A stretch of DNA of 64,000 nucleotides from Candidatus Bathyarchaeota archaeon (lineage in GTDB: Archaea; Thermoproteota; Bathyarchaeia; Bathyarchaeales; Bathycorpusculaceae). Under the pieces are notes generated by a model. The model made no database searches. It was not told the origin of the DNA and saw nothing but the letters and a program-made list of their open reading frames with translations. The stretch covers positions 736,001-800,000 of the forward strand of contig CAWHVC010000003.1 of assembly GCA_963832745.1 (NCBI GenBank), in the 5' to 3' direction. A program made the translations under genes and the position numbers. Positions 50,554 to 60,273 of this stretch are shown here, piece after piece. The number at the start of each line of letters is the position of its first letter. The first letter of the stretch is position 1.

Positions 50554-50889
50554 ATGCGAAAAAGTGATAATGCAATAATTTGGCCGGTTTACTTTGATGT
50601 GGCTAAAAGTAAGAGTGAGGGTAGACGTGTCCCTAAAAACTTGGCTGTTGCCACCCCTAAAATTTTGGAGCTTAAAGAAGCCGCTGACAAGCTTGGACTG
50701 CAAAACGAGGTTAACCCAACTGCTGGTTATCCTAAAGCGCCTTGGTTGAAAATGGGTATGTTGACTGTTGAGAAAGGTGAGTCTAAAGAAAAGATTGTTT
50801 TAAAACTTGCAGCGCAATTGGCTAAAATTAAGAGTCAACAGCAGGCTGAGCAACAGAAGCAACAGTCGCAGCATGGTTATAAAAGATAA
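50554..50889 (+). CDS. srp19: Signal recognition particle 19 kDa protein
   Basis: IIWPVYFD..KSKSEGRRVPKNLAV..P; YP..PW. Confidence 0.93.
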   Translation: MRKSDNAIIWPVYFDVAKSKSEGRRVPKNLAVATPKILELKEAADKLGLQNEVNPTAGYPKAPWLKMGMLTVEKGESKEKIVLKLAAQLAKIKSQQQAEQQKQQSQHGYKR

Positions 50890-50906
50890 AAAATAAAAAA
50901 TTTTTT

Positions 50907-51302
50907 TTATTGTTTTTCTTTTCCTGCGATTAAGACAGCGTTGATGATTCCGTCTGCGCCTGGTCTGCTGGATACTTTTGCGTGTCCAAGGGTTGTTTCG
51001 ATTTCTGCGCCCTTGGTGATTACGCCTCTACGGTTATAGTCAACGTTTGCGCCGTTTTTGACTACACGGACGATTTCTACTTTTTGTGTTTGTCCAGTTT
51101 TTTGGTCTGTTACTGAGGCAAATTTTTCTGTTAAAGCTTTAACTCGTTTGTTGCCGCCTAAGCCTCTTGTGCTTTTGCGTTTTGGTTCACCGAGAGTAGT
51201 TTCAGCTGGGTAACCGGCTGCTTCATACTTCTTTTTTGAACGGTAAACACGTTTTTTGCCGCCTGTAAGTTTTCTTTTGCGTAAACTGCTATGAGTAGAC
51301 AT
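50907..51302 (-). CDS. rps8e: 30S ribosomal protein S8e
   Basis: RKLTGGK, RGLGGN, RRGVITKGAEIET..G.AKVSSRPG.DG.INAVL. Confidence 0.96.
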   Translation of the reverse strand: MSTHSSLRKRKLTGGKKRVYRSKKKYEAAGYPAETTLGEPKRKSTRGLGGNKRVKALTEKFASVTDQKTGQTQKVEIVRVVKNGANVDYNRRGVITKGAEIETTLGHAKVSSRPGADGIINAVLIAGKEKQ

Positions 51303-51830
51303 ATTCTACATTCCTTTTAATTCGCGTAGTCAGTAAAACTGTTAATTTCCATATAAACGTATCCGTTTAAAGACTGCGGTTTTGTGTCAGGATTGTTTTT
51401 TTGTTAGAAGCTGTTGATGGAACCTGTTTGATTTTCATTGCTTGTTGTCTGGTCTTTTTCTTATTTTTCAGCCAAATTTTTTGTGTTTTTGTGGGGTTTG
51501 TTTTGGGTTGCTTTTTTGATTCTAAGCCTGAAACGTTTGCAGAGCACGTCAAAAAAAGGCGGCAGGCGTCAATAAAAGTCAAAGGAAGTCAAAGAGTCAA
51601 CAGAACAGCAATGAAGGCACAATGCGATCGGGCACTAACATGACCCAAACAAAGGTTAACCCCGCTCAGAAAAAACCAGTACCCAACCCAACCCTATAAA
51701 CAATTTTAGCGTTAAAAAAGCCCAAAAAAGGCAATTGGAAAAAAGAGCATTTCCACATTGGGCTTATATTGACTTGATTACTTCATTTTTTAAAGATTCA
51801 GTTCACTAAATTCTTATGCAAGCTGGTGTG

Positions 51831-53003
51831 TTAGCCTACGCACCATCCGAACCGTTTAATGTCCGCTGGGGCGATTCTTTCTTTTTCTAAGAGTTCTTTT
51901 AGGCATACTGGGTCTGTTTCCAGTGGGTCGCCTGTGCATGCGTATGCTCTTCCTCTGCATCCTCCGCATGTTGCTCGGTATTGGCAGGCTCTGCATTCGC
52001 CTTTGAGGTTAGCGCGGTTTCTTAGGGTTTGGAGGATGGGTGAGTTGTACCAGATGTCGCTGAGGCTTTGTTTTCTGATGTTGCCGACGGTGATGGGTAA
52101 AAACGTGCAGGGGTAGATGTCGCCGTTTGGGCGTAAGCTGAAGTAAAACGTGCCTGCGTGGCATCCGACTGGGTTGTGTACCCAGAACTCTTTGAGGAGC
52201 AAGTCTTTTGGATGAGAGCCGTTGCGTTTGTGGATTTGCATTGCAACGTCGGGGTATAATGGCTGGCCGCCTGACATTGTGAAGACAAGTTCCCTTTGCT
52301 CCTGAAGGCTTTGCAGGTAACGCATCAAATCCACCCGTTGCTCTTGGGTCATTGCTTGCTGCATCATGTCATGCCCCCTGCCCACAGGTATAAGGTCATA
52401 AACAGCTACTTGGTCAACACCCAAGCCCTCAAGGAACTCGATTCTTGCAGGCATCTCAGCCACAGTATCCTTAAGTGCCATCGTAGTTATGACCACTTCC
52501 AAATCAAGCTCTATACAAGTCTTAATTGCCTCGACAGCCTTCCTGAAAGTACCCTTCAAGTTCCGCAGTTCATCATGCTTTTCAGGCACCACCGAATCAA
52601 TAGGGATACCAACAGCTTTAATGCCTGCATCTTTGAGCTCAACTGCTACTTCAGGTGTCAAAAGCAACCCGTTAGTCAGCAATGCAGGAATTATGCCTGC
52701 GCCGTTACAGTATTCAGCAAGCTGCAAAACAAAATCTTTCCGTGTTAATGGTTCACCGCCGCTAATGATTAGCGCCTGTGTTCCAAGGATTTTCATTTCG
52801 TCGATGGCACGCATGGCTTCGGTTAGGCTTAGCTCGTTTGGCAAGGGTTCACGGGCGCTAACGTGGCAGTGCAGGCAGCTTAAGTTGCAGCCGCGGGTTA
52901 CTGCGTAGGACACGATTAGAGGCGTGTTTTGTTCACCTTTTAAGCCTTGATTGAACAGTTTTTGGCGAAGCAGCAACTCAACCATTCTTAAACCTGTACC
53001 CAA
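51831..53003 (-). CDS. Radical SAM/SPASM protein
   Basis: CNLSCLHC, SGGEPL, SPASM GCHAG..GDIYPC..CRACQYRATCGGCRGRA..DPVC. Confidence 0.92.
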   Translation of the reverse strand: MGTGLRMVELLLRQKLFNQGLKGEQNTPLIVSYAVTRGCNLSCLHCHVSAREPLPNELSLTEAMRAIDEMKILGTQALIISGGEPLTRKDFVLQLAEYCNGAGIIPALLTNGLLLTPEVAVELKDAGIKAVGIPIDSVVPEKHDELRNLKGTFRKAVEAIKTCIELDLEVVITTMALKDTVAEMPARIEFLEGLGVDQVAVYDLIPVGRGHDMMQQAMTQEQRVDLMRYLQSLQEQRELVFTMSGGQPLYPDVAMQIHKRNGSHPKDLLLKEFWVHNPVGCHAGTFYFSLRPNGDIYPCTFLPITVGNIRKQSLSDIWYNSPILQTLRNRANLKGECRACQYRATCGGCRGRAYACTGDPLETDPVCLKELLEKERIAPADIKRFGWCVG

Positions 53004-53016
53004 CTTTGAAGCCTCC

Positions 53017-53961
53017 TTACGCCTTGGGTTTTATCAACCAAATCTGAACCGCACGACGCAGAAACCACGCAACCGCGAAAACCACGGCAATAACAATCGC
53101 TGCAATCATAATGTTGGGTCCAATATCGATGGCTGCCTCAGCAACCTGCGGGTCAAGGTCAGTTATTTTAACTTCGTCAATGCTTGCAAGAGAGTCATGC
53201 CCAAGATAGATTTCTGTGCCGTTAATGATGTTGCCTTGCGGGTTCTGCACGCCGTGAAGCACATCCACTTTTTGCTCTGCACCGTCAATGTAAAGATGCA
53301 TGCCAGTAACTGTCCGCGTAAACTCCACATGTATCCACTGATTCATGGGCACCTGTTGGGTTGTTACGATTTCGCTGAAGCCATCTTGGTCAGTGTACAC
53401 GTAGCCAGAAAGGGCGCCTTGCACATAGTTTTCTCCAGCCTCAGGCGTGCCAGCCCGAATTGAAAGTCCCAGCACGCGGGTAGTGTTCTGCCACGCACAC
53501 GCTTGGTCAGGATGGTTAGCCTTTACAACAATATTATTGTACGGTTCATCCCTAAACGCTGAAACATTAATCCAAGCTTCAATAGCAACCTGTTTTTGCA
53601 CGTCAAGATTCGGCGAAATCTGCATGTAAACGGGCTGCGGAGTCGGCGGAAACCCAACCACAAATTTTATGGGAATATAGACGCCGTTTGCGCCGTCGAA
53701 CTGCATTGCTTTACCGAATTTTCCGTCAATCAAAGCCGGTTCTGGGTGCCCAACGATAATGCCGGAATTCACGCTTGCAACATCAGGAGTTACAGTGTTA
53801 TAGCCGCTTGCTTGCACCGTATCCAACGGCCAATACCCCACAGTAACGCCGTTTCCCTGCGCACCAACCGCAACAACCAGAAATGAGCCTAACAGAATAG
53901 TTAACAATGAAAAGAAAACCATCAATTGAACATTTTTTGTAGACATCTTCACTTCACACAC
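53017..53961 (-). CDS. LamG/concanavalin-A-like membrane-anchored surface protein (likely start ATG 53946)
   Basis: Signal peptide, GYWPLD, GKFGKAMQFDG, IEAWI, QWIHV, LYIDG, IDEVKI, C-terminal TM + RR. Confidence 0.82.
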   Translation of the reverse strand: MCEVKMSTKNVQLMVFFSLLTILLGSFLVVAVGAQGNGVTVGYWPLDTVQASGYNTVTPDVASVNSGIIVGHPEPALIDGKFGKAMQFDGANGVYIPIKFVVGFPPTPQPVYMQISPNLDVQKQVAIEAWINVSAFRDEPYNNIVVKANHPDQACAWQNTTRVLGLSIRAGTPEAGENYVQGALSGYVYTDQDGFSEIVTTQQVPMNQWIHVEFTRTVTGMHLYIDGAEQKVDVLHGVQNPQGNIINGTEIYLGHDSLASIDEVKITDLDPQVAEAAIDIGPNIMIAAIVIAVVFAVAWFLRRAVQIWLIKPKA

Positions 53962-53981
53962 TTGCAGAAGGACATAGGCTG

Positions 53982-54034
53982 CTTATAGCTCTCCCACGGG
54001 AACAAGGTGTTCTCCAAAAAGAACAACAGGTTCA
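53982..54034 (-). promoter_or_regulatory. TATA plus GAAC/GTTC operator motif shared with 9519-9562
   Basis: + strand CTTATAGCTCTCCCACGGGAACAAGGTGTTCTCCAAAAAGAACAACAGGTTC, containing two GAAC-N5-GTTC palindromes. Confidence 0.55.
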
Positions 54035-54092
54035 AACTGAATTTTGAAAATGCAGATAAGTAGGCGGCGGCATCAATATTGTAGCGGTTTGG

Positions 54093-54443
54093 ATGAAGGA
54101 ACGTTACTATGTTGTTTTTATCGTTTTAGGGCTTGCATTGCTAAGCGTTTTCGTTTTTGCAGATTTTAATGCTAACTTTGCAGGTAACACGTTTGTTACA
54201 AAAGGAACTATTGCCTCAAAACAAGTAACCTCCATAATGCCCGTAGCAGACGGCCAAGAATACTGTTATAACATAACCTGCACAAACGGAAACTGGTTCG
54301 AAATAAAAAATAGTTCACACCTATCCAACTGCACAAACTTATACAACTGCCTGGAAGAAAACGCAACCTACACCTTCACCACCTGGTTTGACACAAACAC
54401 TGGCACCTGGAATATCATCGACACAACAAAAGTCCACGATTAA
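54093..54443 (+). CDS. Small secreted or membrane-anchored hypothetical protein
   Basis: N-terminal TM, four Cys, N-glycosylation sequons. Confidence 0.6.
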   Translation: MKERYYVVFIVLGLALLSVFVFADFNANFAGNTFVTKGTIASKQVTSIMPVADGQEYCYNITCTNGNWFEIKNSSHLSNCTNLYNCLEENATYTFTTWFDTNTGTWNIIDTTKVHD

Positions 54444-54485
54444 AGTTGCTCTTAAGCATTAGAGTTAATACTGCCAAAAGCTTAC

Positions 54486-55208
54486 TTGACCAATAAGGCG
54501 CTCCATATGCGAAAACTCAAAGGTTCCGGCAGCTACCTAAAGCGGCAAACCAGAAAAAACCTTGCCAAAGCAACCCTAAGCCTACTGATTTTCTGCTTAA
54601 TTTTTGCCGCTACAAGCTACTTTGCAATTGTCGCGAAAAACATTTGCGTTTTTGAAACAGCAGGTTTTATTGCTTCACTAATTCCTCTGGGAGCTTTCTT
54701 GTTTTATCAACGCAAATACCGCATCTACAAAGGCGGAAGCAAAGGCGAACAAGACGTAATCAAAACCCTAAACAGAAACCTAAACGACGACTATTATCTC
54801 ATCAACGAAGTGTACTTAGGCAGAGGCGGCGACGTCGACCACATAGTTTTAGGTCCCACCGGCGTTTTTGTTTTAGAAACAAAAAACTGGAGCGGCAAAA
54901 TCCTCTGTGACGGCGACAACTGGCAGCGTCCCGGCAAACACCCGATGGGCAGCCCAAGCCTGCAAGTCAAACGTAATACCCAAAAAATCAAACACTTAAT
55001 TGACTCATCACCAGTTTTAAGGGAAAATGGGGTTTGGGTTGAAGGCATTGTTGTTTTTACTAATCAATATTCCAGCCTAAACATCAGCAACCCAACTGTA
55101 ACAATTCTTAAACTACAACAGCTACCAAGCCACATAACAAGCCAAAAAAACATGTTAACTCCAGAACAAATCCAGCAAATCGCCAAACAAATCCAAAACC
55201 AAAGTTAA
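54486..55208 (+). CDS. Membrane-anchored NERD-domain (PD-(D/E)xK) protein
   Basis: Two TM, G..GE, DVDHIVLGPTGVFVLETKNWSG, SP..QV. Confidence 0.85.
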   Translation: MTNKALHMRKLKGSGSYLKRQTRKNLAKATLSLLIFCLIFAATSYFAIVAKNICVFETAGFIASLIPLGAFLFYQRKYRIYKGGSKGEQDVIKTLNRNLNDDYYLINEVYLGRGGDVDHIVLGPTGVFVLETKNWSGKILCDGDNWQRPGKHPMGSPSLQVKRNTQKIKHLIDSSPVLRENGVWVEGIVVFTNQYSSLNISNPTVTILKLQQLPSHITSQKNMLTPEQIQQIAKQIQNQS

Positions 55209-55873
55209 CACTGAATTTTAAGCCAATCTTTCCGTTTAACCAAAGCTAAAGCAGTGATAACAGTTATCAACAAACTGCCAATAAGGAAAGAGTCAGGCAA
55301 AGCGCGTGCAGGATTTTGAATAGTAAAAGCAATTATTGCCACGGTCAGGTAAAGGCTCACGACGCCGCTGACCAATTGGGTAACGTATAGTGCTTTTCTT
55401 GCTTTGTAAGCTTGCAGTTTTAGCCAATCCAGAAACCGCGAACATCTTGATGACACGTCGGGCAAATCATCCAGTAGCAAAGCTAAACCTCCAAGAGTAA
55501 AGAATCTTCCAGCAGTAACTTCAACGGTAGATGAGTCAACCAGAAACAGCCTAAACAGGGAAACCGGAGTAAAAAATATGACAAAAAAAGCTGAGACAAA
55601 CAGGACTATAAACCCGTAAACGTAATGGTGGAACAGGAGTCGCCCAGTATGCAATGCCCGGCCTATGCTTGCGCTTGGAAAAATGTTAACCAACCCCGCG
55701 ATGATTATGAATATGAAGAGGTTGCCGTTTAACGCGTAAGGCGGATATGGTTCAGTTGATGTAGAATAGTAATAGTTGAGGATTCCTATTACGCCGCCGA
55801 TGGTTATGAGCGCATTTAGGATTAAGGCTATGCTGAAAGTTTTTTTAAGCCACGTCATTACTGTGCCAGCCAT
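55205..55873 (-). CDS. Hypothetical multi-pass membrane protein
   Basis: About six hydrophobic segments; FHHYVYG and LLDDLPD motifs. Confidence 0.7.
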   Translation of the reverse strand: MAGTVMTWLKKTFSIALILNALITIGGVIGILNYYYSTSTEPYPPYALNGNLFIFIIIAGLVNIFPSASIGRALHTGRLLFHHYVYGFIVLFVSAFFVIFFTPVSLFRLFLVDSSTVEVTAGRFFTLGGLALLLDDLPDVSSRCSRFLDWLKLQAYKARKALYVTQLVSGVVSLYLTVAIIAFTIQNPARALPDSFLIGSLLITVITALALVKRKDWLKIQC

Positions 55874-56058
55874 ATATCCTAAATCCCCTTTAATGATGGT
55901 TAGCCGTTTTAACGGATTAACTGTCTAGGCACCCAATAATAAACAACGCGCAATTACACGGAAAAAATCCAAGGAAAAAACTATCGCAAACTAATACATA
56001 ATTTATTATGCATAAATTCTTAAGCTAGAACTCTAAAGGCACAATAGAGGTATCTCGC

Positions 56059-56757
56059 TTGAAGTTTGAAGTAAAATACAAACCATCCTACGCCCTGCTC
56101 GTCGCCAGCCTCGAACAAGGCGAAACAATCACCGCTGAATCCGGCGCCATGACCTACATGGACCCCACCATCGAAGTCCACACCCGTAAACGCGAAAGAA
56201 GCCTACTAGGCAGTTTAGGCTTAAGCATAATTGGCGGGCAATCCTTTTGGGTTAACGATTACACAGCCACAAAAGGACCCGGAGACGCCGCGTTTGTAGC
56301 CGCACCAGTTGGAGACATCGAAAAACTTGATGTGGCACCCGGCAAAGGCTACATTATCCAAAAATCCGCCTACATCGCCTCAACGCCAGACATTAACTTG
56401 GACGTTAAATGGGAAGGCTTCACCAAAGGCTTATTCGGTCAAGGCTTATTCATGCTAAAAGCCACCGGCAACGGACCATTATTCATTAACACTTTCGGAG
56501 CCATAGACGTTCACACTTTAGCGGCAGGACAAACATTGATTGTTGACAACTTCCACCTTGTCGGCTTCAGCGACACATGCAGCTACAAAGTAACCAAGTT
56601 CGGCGGTTTAAAAGAAACCCTGCTTGGCGGCGAAGGCTTCGTAACACAAATCACAGGCCCCGGAGACGTACACATCCAAACAAAGAACCTGCAAGAATTC
56701 ACAGAATGGCTCTGGACACTGCTTGAACCAAAAGTACGCAACACACGAAGCCGCTAA
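56059..56757 (+). CDS. TIGR00266/AIM24-family protein
   Basis: AESGAM, GGQSF, GQGLF, FGAI, VDNFHLV, GGEG...GPG.V.IQT. Confidence 0.9.
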   Translation: MKFEVKYKPSYALLVASLEQGETITAESGAMTYMDPTIEVHTRKRERSLLGSLGLSIIGGQSFWVNDYTATKGPGDAAFVAAPVGDIEKLDVAPGKGYIIQKSAYIASTPDINLDVKWEGFTKGLFGQGLFMLKATGNGPLFINTFGAIDVHTLAAGQTLIVDNFHLVGFSDTCSYKVTKFGGLKETLLGGEGFVTQITGPGDVHIQTKNLQEFTEWLWTLLEPKVRNTRSR

Positions 56758-56816
56758 AAAAACAAGATTTAATACCTTCTTTTTATTTTTAAGCCCTAAA
56801 AAACTGGTGAAAAAGA

Positions 56817-57182
56817 TTGGGGAGCACACTAACGGGCGCTTTCGTAGGTTTTGTAGTTATTCTTGCTTTAGCATGGCTTTTCCCAGGCATCGGACACATT
56901 ATAGGCGGTTTAATCGGCGGCTTCATAGCAGGAATCGTCGCAGGCGGCATAATTAAAGGTCCAATCGCAGGCTTTTTAGCAGCTATCGGTGCAGGCATCA
57001 TATTAGCAATCTTGGCGTTCTTGGGCGCAATTTACATTGGCGGAATCAACTTTGGCTTCTTTGGTGCACTATTCGGTGGACTGTCAGGTTTAGGCGCAAG
57101 CATAGCTGCTTTGATTTTAGGCGGCATAGAAGGCATCATGGCAGCCATCGGCGGATTCGTAGGCGGCTTACTACACAGATAA
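56817..57182 (+). CDS. Gly-rich small membrane protein (DUF5518-like)
   Basis: GGLIGGFIAG, GFLA, IGGFVGG; four hydrophobic segments. Confidence 0.7.
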   Translation: MGSTLTGAFVGFVVILALAWLFPGIGHIIGGLIGGFIAGIVAGGIIKGPIAGFLAAIGAGIILAILAFLGAIYIGGINFGFFGALFGGLSGLGASIAALILGGIEGIMAAIGGFVGGLLHR

Positions 57183-57214
57183 AAAAGGCAGGCTAAAGTA
57201 AGCCCAACATTTTT

Positions 57215-58759
57215 TTATCGATCTAAACTTGTCACTTTATCAGCCGTTGGTTTTTCTGGCACTTGGTCAAGAATCATTTTCTCTTCAGGCTTTTTGCTTA
57301 GTACAATCGGCTGAAGCTCTTTTGCCAACTCCAAGGCTGAGGCAAGCTTACTGGCTCTGTCAGCGTGAATCTCAAGCAAAACCCCATCCTTGCGTACGGT
57401 ATCTCCTATCTTAGCATGAAGTATTACACCTGCGCCTTTCTCTTTGGGCGTGCCAGCTTCACGTGCAATTCGGACAAGCGCGTCAGTGCTAAGCCAAAGT
57501 ACTCTGCCAGTTCTGTCTGAACGTAAAACTTCATGGAACTTACCAACCGGCAAATCTTCAGGCTGAATTGTTGGGTCTCCGCCTTGGGCAGCTATGATTT
57601 CACGCATTTTCTTCTCAGCTTTGCCTGAATTTATCATGTCTTCGGCTATGGCGCGACCGTTCTGGGCGCCTACCATTTCAAAAAGCATTCCTGCAAGGCT
57701 AACTGCTTTTTCTCGCAGGTCAGGCGTGCCTGCACCCATCAAGGTTTGCAGTGCTTCTCTTGCTTCCAAAGCTGGTCCCATACTGCAGCCTAATGGTTGT
57801 TCTCCAAACGTTAAAGCGCAGTGAATGTTTAAGCCGAGGCGTTTTCCTAAGTCAACAAAGTCTGCTGCTAAATTGTAGGCTTCTGTTCGGGTTTTGATTT
57901 TGGCGCCCATGCCAGTTGGTATGTCTATTGCTACGTGGGTGGCTCCGATAGCTACCTTTTTGCTTAAAATCGATGGCAGAAGCAAGGGGTCAATACCCAA
58001 TGGGTACTCAACTTGGATAAACAAGTCATCTGCAGGAGCTAACTCTAATGCGCCGCCCCAGACAAGGCAACCGTTGGTTTTTGCTACTACGTCTTTGATT
58101 TCGTCAAGTGACAGGTTAACGGGGCACAAGGTTTCGACACGGTCGGCTGTTCCGGCTGGTGAGGTGATGGCGCGTGAAGAAGTTTTGGGGATAGTGTATC
58201 CTGCCGCTGCAACTATAGGCACAACAAGCATGCTGGTTTTATCGCCGGGAATGCCGCCGACACTATGCTTGTCAAGAATTGGTCCGGGACCAAAATTAAG
58301 CGATTTACCCGTTTCAATCATCGCCTTAGACATGCCCTCAGCTTCGCTCGTGCTTAACCCATAAATCTTCAAGGCAGTTAGAAACGCGGCGATTTCTACT
58401 GAGCTTAAGTGGCGTTCAACTACGTCTTGAACAATAGTTTTTAGGTCTTGTTCACGGAGTCGGTCGCCTCGTAGTTTGGCTCGTACGTTGATTAGTGACT
58501 CTGGTACGGGTGCAAGATTAACGGTGACTGTTTCGTCTCCTTTAACACCCAAGGCTATAGCGATTTCTTCGTACAGCCCAATGCGGTTCATGGGAAAATT
58601 GGCGGCAATGTTAGCAATTGCAATTGCCTCTTGTGTGCCGTAGGTTAAACGTATTCTGTCGGAACTGTGCACGCCAAGAAGACTGGCGCTTTGTTCACTG
58701 AGAATGGCGATTCTGTTGCCGCCTGTTGTAATGTTTAGTACTTCAGCGATGAGCTCCAT
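57215..58759 (-). CDS. AMP phosphorylase
   Basis: N-terminal extension, DKHSVGGIPGDK, PKTSSRAITSPAGTAD, LAPADD, QPLG..GPALEA; divergent from RuBisCO. Confidence 0.92.
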   Translation of the reverse strand: MELIAEVLNITTGGNRIAILSEQSASLLGVHSSDRIRLTYGTQEAIAIANIAANFPMNRIGLYEEIAIALGVKGDETVTVNLAPVPESLINVRAKLRGDRLREQDLKTIVQDVVERHLSSVEIAAFLTALKIYGLSTSEAEGMSKAMIETGKSLNFGPGPILDKHSVGGIPGDKTSMLVVPIVAAAGYTIPKTSSRAITSPAGTADRVETLCPVNLSLDEIKDVVAKTNGCLVWGGALELAPADDLFIQVEYPLGIDPLLLPSILSKKVAIGATHVAIDIPTGMGAKIKTRTEAYNLAADFVDLGKRLGLNIHCALTFGEQPLGCSMGPALEAREALQTLMGAGTPDLREKAVSLAGMLFEMVGAQNGRAIAEDMINSGKAEKKMREIIAAQGGDPTIQPEDLPVGKFHEVLRSDRTGRVLWLSTDALVRIAREAGTPKEKGAGVILHAKIGDTVRKDGVLLEIHADRASKLASALELAKELQPIVLSKKPEEKMILDQVPEKPTADKVTSLDR

Positions 58760-58837
58760 AAGCTAACCACCCTTATTTGATTGGTTTTGGGATAGTTAAA
58801 GATTTTAAGGCAACCAGATTTAAAAGTAAGCTAGAGT

Positions 58838-60070
58838 GTGACCGTTTTGAAGTATACGGACTTTGTTGATTTAAATTACAAACCAAAAGAAACCGATTTA
58901 ATTTGCACATTCACTGTTGAACCCGAAGGCATAAGCCTCAAAGAAGCAGCAGGCGGCGTTGCAGCGGAAAGCAGCGTCGGAACATGGACCGAACTAACCA
59001 CAATTAAACCGTATGTTGAAGAACTTGCTGCTCACGTCTTCAGTATCCAAGAAAACACCATCAAAATCGCATACCCAGTCGAACTTTTTGAAGACTCAAA
59101 CATGCCAAACATCCTAAGCAGCGTAGCAGGAAACGTTTTCGGCTTAAAAGCATTAAAAAACTTGCGGCTTCTTGATATTCACTTTCCCAAAGAGCTTCTT
59201 GACGGCTTTTATGGTCCAGCTTACGGCATAAAAGGAATACGCAAACTCCTAAAAGTAGAAAAACGTCCACTTGTAGGTACAATAATTAAGCCTAAACTGG
59301 GTCTTAAAACGGTTGACCACGCCAAAGTCGCGTATGACGCTTGGTATGGAGGCTGCGACATCGTGAAAGATGACGAAAACCTAAGCAGCCAAACGTTTAA
59401 CCCGTTTGAGGCACGCTTGACCAAAACTTTGGAGAGTCGTGACCGCGCCGAGAAAGAAACTGGTGAACGCAAGGTTTACATGATTAATGTTACCGCTGAA
59501 ACTGACACCATGATTGAACGCGCACAAGCCGTGGAGGATCAAGGCGGCAAATACGTGATGGTTGACATTTTAACCTGCGGTTGGTCAGCCCTGCAAACGT
59601 TGAGAAATCAAGAGTTCAAACTGGTTATTCATGCACACAGGGCAGGTCATGCAGCTTTCACAAAGAATCCCCTGCATGGTATCGCCATGAAACCTATCGC
59701 CACGGTCGCTCGAATCATCGGTGTAGACCAACTACACGTGGGCACAGTGGTAGGTAAAATGTCTGAGACCAAAGCTGAAGTTGTGGAAAATATCGAAGCC
59801 TGCAAGTCAGAAATGGGCGAGATAAACCCTGTTTTGCCTGTAGCCTCAGGAGGACTCCACCCGCGATTGGTGCCTGCGCTTCTTGAAACCTTTGGCAATG
59901 ACGTTGTTTTGCAGGCTGGCGGCGGAATCCACGGCAATCCGCTGGGCACAGTTTCAGGTGCGAGAGCGATGCGGCAAGCAGTCGACGCCACCTTGGAAGG
60001 CAAGACGCTTGAAGAATACGCCAAGACCCATAAAGAGTTGCAGGCAGCTTTAGACACTTGGAAAGCCTAG
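58838..60070 (+). CDS. rbcL: Form III RuBisCO large subunit
   Basis: AAESSVGTW, GNVFG, GTIIKPKLG, catalytic DIVKDDEN, HAHRAGH, LHVGT.VGKM, PVASGG, QAGGGIHG. Confidence 0.95.
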   Translation: MTVLKYTDFVDLNYKPKETDLICTFTVEPEGISLKEAAGGVAAESSVGTWTELTTIKPYVEELAAHVFSIQENTIKIAYPVELFEDSNMPNILSSVAGNVFGLKALKNLRLLDIHFPKELLDGFYGPAYGIKGIRKLLKVEKRPLVGTIIKPKLGLKTVDHAKVAYDAWYGGCDIVKDDENLSSQTFNPFEARLTKTLESRDRAEKETGERKVYMINVTAETDTMIERAQAVEDQGGKYVMVDILTCGWSALQTLRNQEFKLVIHAHRAGHAAFTKNPLHGIAMKPIATVARIIGVDQLHVGTVVGKMSETKAEVVENIEACKSEMGEINPVLPVASGGLHPRLVPALLETFGNDVVLQAGGGIHGNPLGTVSGARAMRQAVDATLEGKTLEEYAKTHKELQAALDTWKA

Positions 60071-60273
60071 CCCGCTTTTCTTTTTTGGAGTAACCTGTTT
60101 TTTTAACTTTTTTCGCTATTAGTAATTACCTCATTAAGGATTTTTTTGCTTTAAGATAAATGGTGAGTTGAATGAATAACAGAAGGTAGAGTTTGTTGTG
60201 TCTATACGTCTAACAAGTAGACTTGTGGACTGAAAATCAATAATGTTTATTACTATTCACTACAACAAAGGGC

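Noticed and set aside
51367-51643. ORFs 51367..51582 (-) and 51401..51643 (+)
   Set aside because: Explained by low-complexity T- and A-rich sequence; no SD or recognisable motif.
58838-60070. Autotrophic Calvin cycle
   Set aside because: Linkage to AMP phosphorylase and the absence of phosphoribulokinase or a small subunit in the window point to nucleotide salvage.
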